DNA of 64,000 nt, taken from Escherichia phage vB_EcoM_JQD51. A model generated the notes under the pieces. It was not told where the DNA came from, did not search any database, and saw nothing but the letters and a program-made list of their open reading frames with translations. The stretch is taken from the sequence record PV204681; one strand, given 5' to 3'. A program made the position numbers and the translations under genes. Below are positions 8,166-20,631 of the stretch, in pieces. Position 1 is the stretch's first letter; each line of letters begins with the position of its first letter.

Positions 8166-9157
8166 TATTGAACCTTATTAATATAAGTTAACAGCTCTTT
8201 AGTTTGTTCCCAACTGATGCACGCATCGGTAACGGAAACGCCATAGGACATATTATCAGAAATTTTTTGATTTCCTTCATGTAGGAATGATTCTATCATA
8301 ATTCCTTTGACCAAATCATTAGCTGCTAAATTTTTACCAATACCAATTTGATTGCTATAATGACCATCAGCGTTTGCATGGCTACAGTCAACCATTACAT
8401 AATGATTCAGACCTACTGCCCTTGCTTTGTTAGAAGCTTCTTGAATATCAGAAGAATGATAGTTCGGGCCGTTGGTCCCGCCACGCAATACGATATGCGT
8501 ATTCTGATTACCTTCAGCTTCAACAATGCCTACAGTACCATCGACGTCCATACCCATATACCGATGAGGCCAGGCGGCACTATACATCGCGTCTGTAGCT
8601 ACTTTAATAGAACCATTGGTTGCGTTCTTGAAGCCTACGCACATCGGTAGACCTGAAGCAATTTCACGATGTGTCTGACTTTCAGTCGTACGGGCGCCAA
8701 TAGCAACCCATGAGAAAATACCAGAAAGATACTTAATCGTGAATGGGTCTAATACTTCAGTTGCTAATGGAAGTCCCATACGTAGAAGTTTACGACACAA
8801 TGTTCGTGCAACTATAAGACCGTGGTTCATATCAAAACTTCCGTCAAGATATGGATCATTTACAAGACCTTTCCAACCTACGGTAGTTCGAGGCTTTTCA
8901 AAATAAACGCGCATCACTAACAAAACATTAGGAAGACGAGTTTGAAGTTCAGCCAGACGTTTGCCGTATTCAACAGCAGCAATAGGGTCATGAATTGAGC
9001 AAGGACCTACAACAATAAGTTTGCGTGGGTCTTCACCGTTCATAATCGAATTAACTTGTTCGCGATGAGAAGCCACTTGTGATGCGTAAGCTTCCGACAA
9101 AGGAATAATCTCAGCCAGTTCTTTTGGAGAAATAAGTTTTCTGATGACAGGTAACAT
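8165..9157 (-). CDS. 3-deoxy-7-phosphoheptulonate (DAHP) synthase, class I-alpha (AroG/AroF/AroH-like)
   Basis: 330-aa ORF; KLIVVGPCSIHD, RVYFEKPRTTVGWKGLVNDP, GARTTESQTHRE, CVGFKN, DCSHAN, ESFLHEGNQ all align with E. coli AroG; start/stop overlaps cd. Confidence 0.88.
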   Translation of the reverse strand: MLPVIRKLISPKELAEIIPLSEAYASQVASHREQVNSIMNGEDPRKLIVVGPCSIHDPIAAVEYGKRLAELQTRLPNVLLVMRVYFEKPRTTVGWKGLVNDPYLDGSFDMNHGLIVARTLCRKLLRMGLPLATEVLDPFTIKYLSGIFSWVAIGARTTESQTHREIASGLPMCVGFKNATNGSIKVATDAMYSAAWPHRYMGMDVDGTVGIVEAEGNQNTHIVLRGGTNGPNYHSSDIQEASNKARAVGLNHYVMVDCSHANADGHYSNQIGIGKNLAANDLVKGIMIESFLHEGNQKISDNMSYGVSVTDACISWEQTKELLTYINKVQ

Positions 9158-9277
9158 AACAATCCTTAGGAGATATAAACAGATTCTGATTCAACAATAC
9201 CTTTAACCGGATTAGACAGGCTAAGTTGGTAGTGCTCAGATTTATGACCATTCACGATAGTAATGAGATAGCTCTCA

Positions 9278-9514
9278 TTATAGTGTTCCATATACTCGAG
9301 TTGCTTCAACAAGACCATCACTGCCTAATTTAAGATTAGTAATTTGGTCACCATCTTTAGGATTAACGATTATGAGAAAAGAACGTGGAGATTCTTGAAT
9401 AACTCGTAATGTTGCATCTTTGAAACGTTCAGACACTTTATTGATGAGTGCTTGAGCAAATTCTTTTACTTTAATCTGAAATTCGTGTACTGTAATTGGG
9501 TTTTCACTTAGCAT
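9278..9514 (-). CDS. Hypothetical protein
   Basis: 78-aa ORF, early promoter upstream at 9543-9572. Confidence 0.45.
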   Translation of the reverse strand: MLSENPITVHEFQIKVKEFAQALINKVSERFKDATLRVIQESPRSFLIIVNPKDGDQITNLKLGSDGLVEATRVYGTL

Positions 9515-9542
9515 TTCTATTTCCTCATTTGTTGGTAGAGTT

Positions 9543-9572
9543 ATAGTATCACAACTCCACCATGTTGTAAAC
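9543..9572 (-). promoter_or_regulatory. T4-type early promoter
   Basis: Plus atagta / gtaaac, 18-nt spacer. Confidence 0.45.
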
Positions 9573-9574
9573 CA

Positions 9575-9850
9575 TTAAATTGCTTTGCATTCAATTTTTT
9601 GTGTACCGAAATTGATATCACATTGGATAACTAAATCGCCGTCAAGATCAAATACCACTATGACGTGTGCAGACCCAGGGAGAAGAGTAATAGCAATAGA
9701 ATCTACTTGGTCTGGGAGCAAAGCATTGAGTACATGAGTTAGTTGAGCATGAACTCTGAGTTCGGCTGCATTATCAAGCACTTCAAACATATTATTAGCA
9801 ATAATCTGACTGAAGACTACCTTTACAATTTCAGAATAAGTTGGGAACAT
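9575..9850 (-). CDS. Hypothetical protein
   Basis: 91-aa ORF in codirectional array. Confidence 0.45.
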   Translation of the reverse strand: MFPTYSEIVKVVFSQIIANNMFEVLDNAAELRVHAQLTHVLNALLPDQVDSIAITLLPGSAHVIVVFDLDGDLVIQCDINFGTQKIECKAI

Positions 9851-9857
9851 AATTACC

Positions 9858-10082
9858 TCAGTGTACAGTATTTACTTTAACTCGAACAACAAATCGCTCG
9901 GTCGGTTCACCTACAGGAACAAACTCTACATGATATTCACCTTTGTAACGAGTATTCAGATCATTACGAATTCCTGCGAGTTTGTTGATTAATGTAGGAC
10001 TCATATTAAGTCCCACTAGTTTACGAAGCATTTTGTATGCTTCATCTTCGATTTCATGATGTTTATCGTACATAGTTTTCAT
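9858..10082 (-). CDS. Hypothetical protein
   Basis: 74-aa ORF. Confidence 0.45.
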   Translation of the reverse strand: MKTMYDKHHEIEDEAYKMLRKLVGLNMSPTLINKLAGIRNDLNTRYKGEYHVEFVPVGEPTERFVVRVKVNTVH

Positions 10083-10253
10083 TTAACCATTCAATTGCCT
10101 GGTCGACGTTATCAAATATACCGCCGTCCAACCATTCTTCATGTTCATAGTCCAGCACATCAATACCGAACCGTCCATTTACTAAAGGCCATACTACAAA
10201 CAAATATTCTTTATGCTGTTCGATGGCCTCAATCACTTCATATAATCGTTTCA

Positions 10254-10254
<1 letters not shown>
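10063..10254 (-). CDS. Hypothetical protein
   Basis: 63-aa ORF directly upstream of pseT. Confidence 0.4.
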
Positions 10255-11340
<1,086 letters not shown>

Positions 11341-11341
<1 letters not shown>

Positions 11342-11640
11342 TATTTTATTCCTAAGAAAATTTCAAGAATACGAATGTTATGCTCGCGCCGGTCTTTATT
11401 AATTTCAGCAACGTTTTTATTAATTGACGTACTTCTAACGTTTGAAGAAATAAATTTAATCATATGACTTTTGAGTTGTTGCAAATCCAACCCTTTTTCT
11501 TTAGCAGCTTTACGAAGAGCTTTACCTGCTTCATCTAGTGCCTTTGCTGCATCTTTGTCATAATTGCCGAGTGACATTCCACGACAGATATCAATATACT
11601 CATCAGACCGTTTGATGTAATTCTCTAGTAATGTTTTCAT
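11341..11640 (-). CDS. Hypothetical protein
   Basis: 99-aa ORF, early promoter upstream at 11669-11698. Confidence 0.45.
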
Positions 11641-11668
11641 TTAGATTTCCTCAATTATCCATAGGAGC

Positions 11669-11698
11669 ATTATACTCTGCTCCTGAGAGTTTGTAAAC
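11669..11698 (-). promoter_or_regulatory. T4-type early promoter with dyad ggagca...tgctcc around the -10
   Basis: Plus attata (11669-11674) / gtaaac (11693-11698), 18-nt spacer. Confidence 0.55.
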
Positions 11699-11922
11699 TA
11701 TTTTACTAAAGATTCAATATACTCGTGAAGAGCTTTAGTCGCTACTGCCCACTTATTCTGATATTCATTTTTCAGATTAGCACGAGACTGAACTAACAAT
11801 CGGTCATTAGTCGGAGGCAAAGATTCTAATCGTTGAATCTGGCGCCCATAAATCATAGCCGCCATTTCAGATTCATAGATAAGCCCTTTAATGTATTCAT
11901 GTTGTTCTTTAGTCATTGGCAT
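11698..11922 (-). CDS. Hypothetical protein
   Basis: 74-aa ORF. Confidence 0.4.
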   Translation of the reverse strand: MPMTKEQHEYIKGLIYESEMAAMIYGRQIQRLESLPPTNDRLLVQSRANLKNEYQNKWAVATKALHEYIESLVK

Positions 11923-12203
11923 TTTTCCTCTTTTAAACCACTACGATAATAACATATCATAGTCTTCTGGTCATGTACATATCTTTTTACATCGTTTAAC
12001 CAGATACGAAATTCTTGAGAGTCTTCAAACGGCATTCCAACCCACGGATTACCATCAATAACCTTTACTTGCCATTTCTGGTTATATTCAACAATAGATT
12101 CAGGCCATGGCGGATGTAAAGTTTCTTTAGGGCTTAAGGGCACATCCTGGGCACATCCAGCCAAAATACTAATAGATAATACAACTGCGGTTAATTTAAT
12201 CAT
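11913..12203 (-). CDS. Outer-membrane spanin lipoprotein (o-spanin; T4 pseT.2-like)
   Basis: 96-aa ORF with signal peptide and lipobox LAGC; paired with upstream TM/coiled-coil ORF. Confidence 0.6.
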   Translation of the reverse strand: MIKLTAVVLSISILAGCAQDVPLSPKETLHPPWPESIVEYNQKWQVKVIDGNPWVGMPFEDSQEFRIWLNDVKRYVHDQKTMICYYRSGLKEEKCQ

Positions 12204-12556
12204 TCTGAGAGCTTCCTGAGGTCTTCTGCAAAGGAATCGAAGGACCTGTTGATTTGTTTTTCGACCAATCCTGGTTTACTTGCCACCACGTTCTTCTTCT
12301 TCGAATCCTTACGGAGCTTTTCATTTTCGGCCTTAAGTTGGTCAACTAAAACACGGTTCTTATAAGTCATTTCTTCGATTGACTGATATTGAACCTTGAA
12401 GTCGTCTAATACTTTAGCATTGTTTTTAGCGGTCTCTTTGACAGAAGCTAATTCAGTATTCAACGAATCAACTTTGTTGTTTAAGACAACTATTGTTACC
12501 GTAGAAACTAGAGCAAAAGCTGCTACTATAGCATAAATCGGATTTACTTTAAGCAT
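12200..12556 (-). CDS. Inner-membrane spanin (i-spanin; T4 pseT.3-like)
   Basis: 118-aa ORF; N-terminal TM helix then charged coiled-coil-like region; overlaps o-spanin start. Confidence 0.6.
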   Translation of the reverse strand: MLKVNPIYAIVAAFALVSTVTIVVLNNKVDSLNTELASVKETAKNNAKVLDDFKVQYQSIEEMTYKNRVLVDQLKAENEKLRKDSKKKNVVASKPGLVEKQINRSFDSFAEDLRKLSE

Positions 12557-13044
12557 GTTTTAATAATCTCAATGATTTCATCTCGGGATAATCCATTGAT
12601 AAGAACGGTTTTCGGACCATCGCACTGGATTTTGTACGATTCAAACAATACACACAACTCTTCTGCTGTATGATATGGACTTGAAATTCCGAGGCGGTTG
12701 AATTTGTCGGTAAGAGGGTCGCAAATAATGTAGAATTTTATACCTGCGATATGTACATTTGGTTGACTAATATTAATGAACACATTAGCGTCATATTTAG
12801 TCAAATTGTTTTGAAGAAATTCTACCATGGCATTAACTGCTTCTGGCATCGCTTCACGTTTCTCTTCGGCGTAACGTGTTGAATATTCCTTTTGCTTTAA
12901 CTTCTTTTTAGCATTTTTCGCTAGAGTAGTACGAAGGTCCGTAAGATAACCAACTGCACGGCCTTTCTTAAAGACCCGGATTCCATCTGTAGAATCACCA
13001 AATGCTGCCACAACCATATCGTTAGTAATCAATTGCATATTCAT
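12544..13044 (-). CDS. alc: Alc-like protein (host transcription termination factor), by position and size
   Basis: ORF track 12544..13107; start moved to Met at 13044 (SD gaggag) giving about 166 aa (T4 Alc 167 aa); lies between pseT block and rnlA as in T4. Confidence 0.5.
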   Translation of the reverse strand: MNMQLITNDMVVAAFGDSTDGIRVFKKGRAVGYLTDLRTTLAKNAKKKLKQKEYSTRYAEEKREAMPEAVNAMVEFLQNNLTKYDANVFINISQPNVHIAGIKFYIICDPLTDKFNRLGISSPYHTAEELCVLFESYKIQCDGPKTVLINGLSRDEIIEIIKTCLK

Positions 13045-13074
13045 AATTTTCTCCTCGTGTTGTTGATAAAAACC

Positions 13075-13104
13075 ATAGTAACACCTTCCTTGGTGTTTGT
13101 AAAC
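13075..13104 (-). promoter_or_regulatory. T4-type early promoter
   Basis: Plus atagta / gtaaac, 18-nt spacer; between rnlA stop and alc start. Confidence 0.45.
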
Positions 13105-13106
13105 CA

Positions 13107-14240
<1,134 letters not shown>

Positions 14241-14259
14241 TCAGTTAGTTTTTTTTTAA

Positions 14260-14289
14260 ATTGTACCACAATCCTTGTGGCATGTAAAC
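14260..14289 (-). promoter_or_regulatory. T4-type early promoter
   Basis: Plus attgta / gtaaac, 18-nt spacer, then SD gagga before rnlA ATG. Confidence 0.45.
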
Positions 14290-14699
14290 TACTTTTTCTT
14301 ATGTTGGATATTCCAAGGCGGGTTGAACTTTTTGATAAAAAGCGGTTCTTCAAGGTCCATTGTTGCGATGGTCATTGAACCAAGTTCGTTGGTGACTGAA
14401 AGGTCAAAACATTGGCGGGCCCAGAATTCAACCTTTTTGCCTTGCATTAAGGCATCCAAAATCATAAGTGATTTTCTTGAATCTGAAGTCTGGTCTTTTC
14501 GATTTATGGCTGTTCGATAATAGTTAATGCGTTTCTTTAAATTCTTGGTTTTACCAATATACACAAGTTCGTCATCTATAGCAATAGCGTATATGACATT
14601 TTTCTTATTAGGGACATCAACTGTTTTAATTGTTGCATCTTCTAATAGCTCCAATTCTGTATATTTAATAAAGGAATATTCGGCGGCAATATCTTTCAT
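14289..14699 (-). CDS. denA: Endonuclease II (GIY-YIG-like)
   Basis: 136-aa ORF (T4 EndoII is 136 aa); VIYAIAIDDELVYIGKT GIY-YIG-type motif; between rnlA and nrdB. Confidence 0.75.
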   Translation of the reverse strand: MKDIAAEYSFIKYTELELLEDATIKTVDVPNKKNVIYAIAIDDELVYIGKTKNLKKRINYYRTAINRKDQTSDSRKSLMILDALMQGKKVEFWARQCFDLSVTNELGSMTIATMDLEEPLFIKKFNPPWNIQHKKK

Positions 14700-14706
14700 A
14701 ATAAAG

Positions 14707-14720
14707 TGGGACCGAAGTCC
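14707..14720 (-). other. UUCG-tetraloop hairpin at the nrdB-denA junction
   Basis: GGGAC-cgaa-GTCCC inverted repeat, 3' arm ends 7 nt before denA AUG; no U-tract. Confidence 0.5.
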
Positions 14721-14725
14721 CGTCC

Positions 14726-15865
14726 TTAGAAATATTTTTTGTATGAATTGATTACATTTTGGTCTACATCATTATCAATTTGTGCGACAAGATAAGAACT
14801 GATTTCAACTTCCTGAGGAGCTGCTTGAACTAAATCAGAGTTCAGATATTCACGAATCCAAGGATACGGATGCTTGGTCGGAGCATCAGTGATTGGGCAT
14901 GGCAAACCACACTGTTTCATACGAGACACAGTCAAGTAATCAACAAAAGCACACATACTCTGCGTATTGATACCTGGGCATGTACCGTCTTTAAAGAGGT
15001 GTGCAGCCCATTCCTTCTCTTGACGGTTAACTTCCATAAAAATGTCAACTGCTTCTTGTTCACATTCTTTAGCAATTTGAACCCACTCATCGCCGTCAAT
15101 ACCAGATTGAAGTTGACGAATAATGTACTGAGTACCCTTGAGGTGGAGTTGTTCGTCACGAGCAATGAACTTCATAATCTTTGCATTACCTTCCATAATT
15201 TCCATATTTTTATGGAAGTTGAAAGTACATGCAAATGATACGTAAAAACGAATAGCTTCCAGAGCGTTGATTACGTGCAGACAGAGGTAAAGAGAACGCA
15301 TTAGTTCGTATTTAGCCTGTTTTACGCCTTCGCTAAACTCGTGATATTCTTCTAAAGCATTCTGGTAAAGGCGAGTCTTGACTAGAACATCATCGTAATA
15401 TTTACCTATTGATTCAGCTCGTTTCATGATTGCTTCGTCTAATACAATTTCATCAAATACCTTAGATGGATCCGTATAAAGATTTCGCATAATATGAGTA
15501 TACGAACGAGAGTGAATAGTTTCACTGAATGTCCATGTTGCAACCCACGTATCTAATGAAGGGTCGGAAATCAGTGCCATAAGTACCGCAGATGGGGCCC
15601 TGCCTTGGATAGAATCTAATAATGATTGATACTTAAGATTGTTTGTAAAGATGTCCTGTTGGAACTGAGGAAGCTTATTGAACTGCGCAGAGTCCAACAT
15701 CAAGTTTACCTCTTCTGGGCGCCAAAAAAACGATAATTGCTTTTCGGTCAAATCTTCAAAAACTTTATGGCGTTGAATATCATAACGCGCAATACCAAGA
15801 CCAGAACCAAAGAACATCGGTTCATTCAAAACATCGACTTGTCGTGTGTTAAAAACTGTACTCAT
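14726..15865 (-). CDS. nrdB: Ribonucleotide reductase small (beta) subunit
   Basis: 379-aa ORF; FFWRPEEV and diiron ferritin-like motifs; uninterrupted (no intron). Confidence 0.92.
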   Translation of the reverse strand: MSTVFNTRQVDVLNEPMFFGSGLGIARYDIQRHKVFEDLTEKQLSFFWRPEEVNLMLDSAQFNKLPQFQQDIFTNNLKYQSLLDSIQGRAPSAVLMALISDPSLDTWVATWTFSETIHSRSYTHIMRNLYTDPSKVFDEIVLDEAIMKRAESIGKYYDDVLVKTRLYQNALEEYHEFSEGVKQAKYELMRSLYLCLHVINALEAIRFYVSFACTFNFHKNMEIMEGNAKIMKFIARDEQLHLKGTQYIIRQLQSGIDGDEWVQIAKECEQEAVDIFMEVNRQEKEWAAHLFKDGTCPGINTQSMCAFVDYLTVSRMKQCGLPCPITDAPTKHPYPWIREYLNSDLVQAAPQEVEISSYLVAQIDNDVDQNVINSYKKYF

Positions 15866-15918
15866 TATATTTTCTCACTTAGTTTAACTCATCCATGAGT
15901 AAATTATAATCAAAAGTC

Positions 15919-18174
15919 TTAAAGCTTACAAGCAGAACAATCTTCAGCTTTAGGTGTTTCTAATTCATAGTCATCTGTACCTGACCCATCACGAGTGTTA
16001 TGATAGTAGAGGTTTTTTCCACCAAAGTACCAGAAGTAAAGCAGATCGTCAAGCATTACCGACATTGGCACTTTACCTTTCTCAAATACCGCAGGGTCAT
16101 AGTAAGTATTAGCAGAAGCAGATTGGCACACCCATTTCAACATGATAGCAACTTGGGTCAAATAAGGTTTATTACCTTTCTTAGCAAGTTTCCACGCGTA
16201 GTCATAAAGACCCACGTTATGTTCGATATTAGGAACAACCTGACGGAAGTTGCCTTCTTTAGATTCTTTAATACTTACTGGACCACGTGGGGGCTCAATC
16301 CCATTTGTAGAGTTCGATACTTGACTGCTTGACTCACAAGGCATGAGTGCAGACAACGTTGAGTTACGAATTCCATGTTCTTTGAGTTCAGCTCGAAGTT
16401 CTTCCCAGTCACAAACGTAGTTTGGAGCTGCGATTTGGTCAATCTTTTTATTGTACCAGTCGATAGGTAATTCGCCTCGAGACCATTTAGTGTCTGAATA
16501 ATACTCGCAAGGTCCTTTTTCTTCGGCCAACTTGATTGATGCTCGGATAAGCCCATATTGTAATCTCTCAAACAGTTCATGAGTTAAATCGTTTGCGTCT
16601 TCATAAGAAGCAAAGTTGCTTGCTAACCAAGCTGCATAGTTCGTAACACCAACACCCAGATTACGACGCTTTTTAGCTTTTAAAGCTTCTGGAACCGGAT
16701 AATCTTGATAGTCTAACAGGTTATCAAGTGCACGTACTTGTACTTCAGCAAGTTCATTAATTTTATCTTGGTCTTGCCAATCAAATTTATCTAATACAAA
16801 AGCAGATAATGTGCATAAACCAATTTCAGCATCGGGACCATTCACATCATTAGTTGGAATAGCGATTTCACAACATAAGTTACTCTGACGAATTGGAGCT
16901 TTTTCACGAATAAATGGTGTGAAGTTGTTAGTGTTATCAACGAACTGAGGATAAATTCGAGCAGTACCAGAACGTTCAGTCATGAACAATTCAAAGAGTT
17001 CTAGTGCTTTGATTCTTTTCTTTCTGATTGTCGGGTCTTTTTCAGCTTTCTCATAAAGCTCACGGAATTTATCTTGATCTTCAAAGAATGAGTAGTATAG
17101 TTCGCCTGACATTTCGTGAGGGCTAAATAAAGTAATATAATCATTTTTACCAAGGCGTTCCATCATAAGGTCATTAATCTGAATTCCGTAGTCCATATGT
17201 CGAATACGGTTTTCATCCACGCCTTTGTTATTTTTCAGAACTAATAGGTTCTCTACTTCTAAGTGCCACATCGGATAATACGCTGTAGCAGCACCACCAC
17301 GAATACCACCTTGAGAACAAGATTTTACTGCAGTTTGGAAATGTTTCCAGAACGGAATAACACCCGTATGTCGAACTTCGCCCATACCGATCTTAGAACC
17401 TTCTGCACGAAGCATACCAACGTTGATACCGATACCAGCTCGTTTAGAAATATATTCAATAATTGATGCTGAAGTTTTGTTAATAGATTTTAACGAATCA
17501 CCTGCTTCAATAACTACACAACTAGAGAACTGGCGAGTTGGAGTACGAGCACCCGCCATAATTGGGGTTGGCAATGAAACTTGATGAGTAGAAACGGCAT
17601 CATAAAAACGAATAATATGTTTCAAACGGTCATGAGTTTCGTCTTGGTGTAAGGCCATACCAATAGCCATGATAGCAAACTGTGGAGTTTCATAAATCTT
17701 CCCAGTTGTTTTATCTTTAACTAGATATTTTTCTTTAAGCTGCATAGCACCGGCATAAGTCAGGTCAAAGTCTCGTTCGTGTTTAATCTGTGAATCGAGA
17801 TAAATGATTTCTTCTGCTGAATATTGAGACAACAGCTCAGGGTCATATTTGCCTTCATTAACACAGTAAGAAATATGGTCGATAAAAGCAGGCGGTTCAA
17901 ACTGCCCGTATACATCTTTACGAAGTGCAAACATTAGTCCTTTAGCGGCGACATACTGATAATCAGGTTCTTCGACAGAAATCGAGTTAGCTGCAACTTT
18001 AATACAAATCTTCTGAATATCTTTGGTGCTCATCCCGTCGACAAGATGGAGTTTAATTTCTTCATATAATTCATATGGGTCAATTTGTGTTCCTTCACAT
18101 TGCCAAGTTAAGACTTGAATAATTTTCTGTGCATCAAAATTTTGGGATACCCCACTGCTCTTAGTTACTTGCAT
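15919..18174 (-). CDS. nrdA: Ribonucleotide reductase large (alpha) subunit
   Basis: 751-aa ORF; NLCCEIAIPT active-site region and C-terminal CxxC tail; T4 NrdA is 754 aa. Confidence 0.93.
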   Translation of the reverse strand: MQVTKSSGVSQNFDAQKIIQVLTWQCEGTQIDPYELYEEIKLHLVDGMSTKDIQKICIKVAANSISVEEPDYQYVAAKGLMFALRKDVYGQFEPPAFIDHISYCVNEGKYDPELLSQYSAEEIIYLDSQIKHERDFDLTYAGAMQLKEKYLVKDKTTGKIYETPQFAIMAIGMALHQDETHDRLKHIIRFYDAVSTHQVSLPTPIMAGARTPTRQFSSCVVIEAGDSLKSINKTSASIIEYISKRAGIGINVGMLRAEGSKIGMGEVRHTGVIPFWKHFQTAVKSCSQGGIRGGAATAYYPMWHLEVENLLVLKNNKGVDENRIRHMDYGIQINDLMMERLGKNDYITLFSPHEMSGELYYSFFEDQDKFRELYEKAEKDPTIRKKRIKALELFELFMTERSGTARIYPQFVDNTNNFTPFIREKAPIRQSNLCCEIAIPTNDVNGPDAEIGLCTLSAFVLDKFDWQDQDKINELAEVQVRALDNLLDYQDYPVPEALKAKKRRNLGVGVTNYAAWLASNFASYEDANDLTHELFERLQYGLIRASIKLAEEKGPCEYYSDTKWSRGELPIDWYNKKIDQIAAPNYVCDWEELRAELKEHGIRNSTLSALMPCESSSQVSNSTNGIEPPRGPVSIKESKEGNFRQVVPNIEHNVGLYDYAWKLAKKGNKPYLTQVAIMLKWVCQSASANTYYDPAVFEKGKVPMSVMLDDLLYFWYFGGKNLYYHNTRDGSGTDDYELETPKAEDCSACKL

Positions 18175-18261
18175 ATATTCCTCAGTATAGGTTGATAGAC
18201 ATTACTCCAAACGGGATAGTATTTATCCCGTTAATTTATTATACACTTTTAAACTGAAGCG

Positions 18262-18516
18262 TTAATTATTCTTAGCAATAATTTCTTTGTATTCTTTAGG
18301 AGTCAAGACCGTGATATCGAAATAAACCACTGGTTCTTTTTCCATACCGTAACCACCACAAAATTCACGATATTCATAAATTCGTTCATGTGAATAACAA
18401 ACGAATCGTTCACCTTTAACTGTGATTTCACTATTTGGTGAAGGGATATCTAGTTCGGTAGGATTTTTCATTTCAAAAATTGTGGTGCCGTATGAATTAA
18501 TAAAACGTAAAATCAT
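18262..18516 (-). CDS. Hypothetical protein (nrdA.1 position)
   Basis: 84-aa ORF. Confidence 0.45.
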   Translation of the reverse strand: MILRFINSYGTTIFEMKNPTELDIPSPNSEITVKGERFVCYSHERIYEYREFCGGYGMEKEPVVYFDITVLTPKEYKEIIAKNN

Positions 18517-18517
18517 T

Positions 18518-19378
18518 TTATACCGCCATTTTAGCTTTGATAGCTGGATGTGATTCGTAATTTTTAAGAATAAAGTCTTTAGGACGAAGTTTTAATACAT
18601 ATTCGATTTGTTCTTCGGTTGATAGATGTCTAAATTTGTATGGTAATCCGTTAATAACTAATTCACACAGTTCTTTAGGCTCACGTCGTAAAACTTCTTT
18701 GCATTGTTCTACATGATTGCTGTAGATATGCGTGTTGCCGCCTGAGAACACTAAATCACCTGGGATAAGGTTACACATCTTCGCTACAATATGCGTCAAG
18801 GCAGCGTACGAGGCAATGTTGAACGGCAGGCCCAAGAAAACATCTACACTGCGTTGATACCATTGTAAATCAAGATGACCATTACGCACATTGAACTGGT
18901 AGAACATATGGCAAGGAGGAAGTGCCATTTGATTTATTTCAGCTGGATTCCAGGCAGAAACAATTTGACGACGATCAGTTGGTAATTTTTTAATACGGTC
19001 GATTGTTTCAACTAATTGGTCTACACCGCCGAAATCACGCCATTGTTTACCATATATAGGACCAAGTTCACCGCTATGGTACCCAAGGTCTTTTGCCTGA
19101 TTTTCGTAATTATCGTCCCAAATAGTTTTACCTTCAATTAGACTACCATGGGTACGAAGACGTAATTCGTTAACATTAGTAGAACCGGACATGAACCACA
19201 GTAGTTCGGCAATACAAGCTTTCCATGCTAATTTCTTAGTTGTTACTGCAGGGAATCCTTTAGTCAGGTCCCAACGTAATTTAGTTCCGAACAGGGCAAT
19301 TGTTCCTGTGCCTGTACGGTCGTCTGTTTCATAGCCGTTTTCAAGGATATTTTTAATTAAATCTTGATATTGTTTCAT
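18518..19378 (-). CDS. td: Thymidylate synthase
   Basis: 286-aa ORF (T4 Td 286 aa); ALPPCHMFYQF catalytic-Cys motif; uninterrupted (no intron). Confidence 0.93.
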   Translation of the reverse strand: MKQYQDLIKNILENGYETDDRTGTGTIALFGTKLRWDLTKGFPAVTTKKLAWKACIAELLWFMSGSTNVNELRLRTHGSLIEGKTIWDDNYENQAKDLGYHSGELGPIYGKQWRDFGGVDQLVETIDRIKKLPTDRRQIVSAWNPAEINQMALPPCHMFYQFNVRNGHLDLQWYQRSVDVFLGLPFNIASYAALTHIVAKMCNLIPGDLVFSGGNTHIYSNHVEQCKEVLRREPKELCELVINGLPYKFRHLSTEEQIEYVLKLRPKDFILKNYESHPAIKAKMAV

Positions 19379-19391
19379 TTAGCACCTATAA

Positions 19392-20349
<958 letters not shown>

Positions 20350-20631
20350 TCAAAACCCCTTTTCAATAAACCATTCAGTGGCTTTATTAGCGTCAAAGAA
20401 TAACTCTTCATATGTCTTTTCTTTGTTTTCAAAAACTGTCACACAAACACGTTGACATTCTCCGCAGTATTCTTCTGACATACTCAAAGCGTCAGAAAAC
20501 ATTTCATTAAATTCACTTAAATCGGGATTATGCAATGCGTTAAAAATTGCATAATCGAATTCGTCATTCATAAATTCAAATACAAAAATCATATTATTTT
20601 TCCTCAAACAGACTTTTTCACAATTTTCCAA
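20350..20631 (-). CDS. Hypothetical protein (frd.x position)
   Basis: 93-aa ORF. Confidence 0.45.
   Translation of the reverse strand: MENCEKVCLRKNNMIFVFEFMNDEFDYAIFNALHNPDLSEFNEMFSDALSMSEEYCGECQRVCVTVFENKEKTYEELFFDANKATEWFIEKGF

Noticed and set aside
18175-18261. Possible group I intron or homing-endonuclease remnants at nrdA/td/nrdB
   Set aside because: All three genes are continuous full-length ORFs with intact catalytic motifs and short intergenic spacers; no room for an intron.
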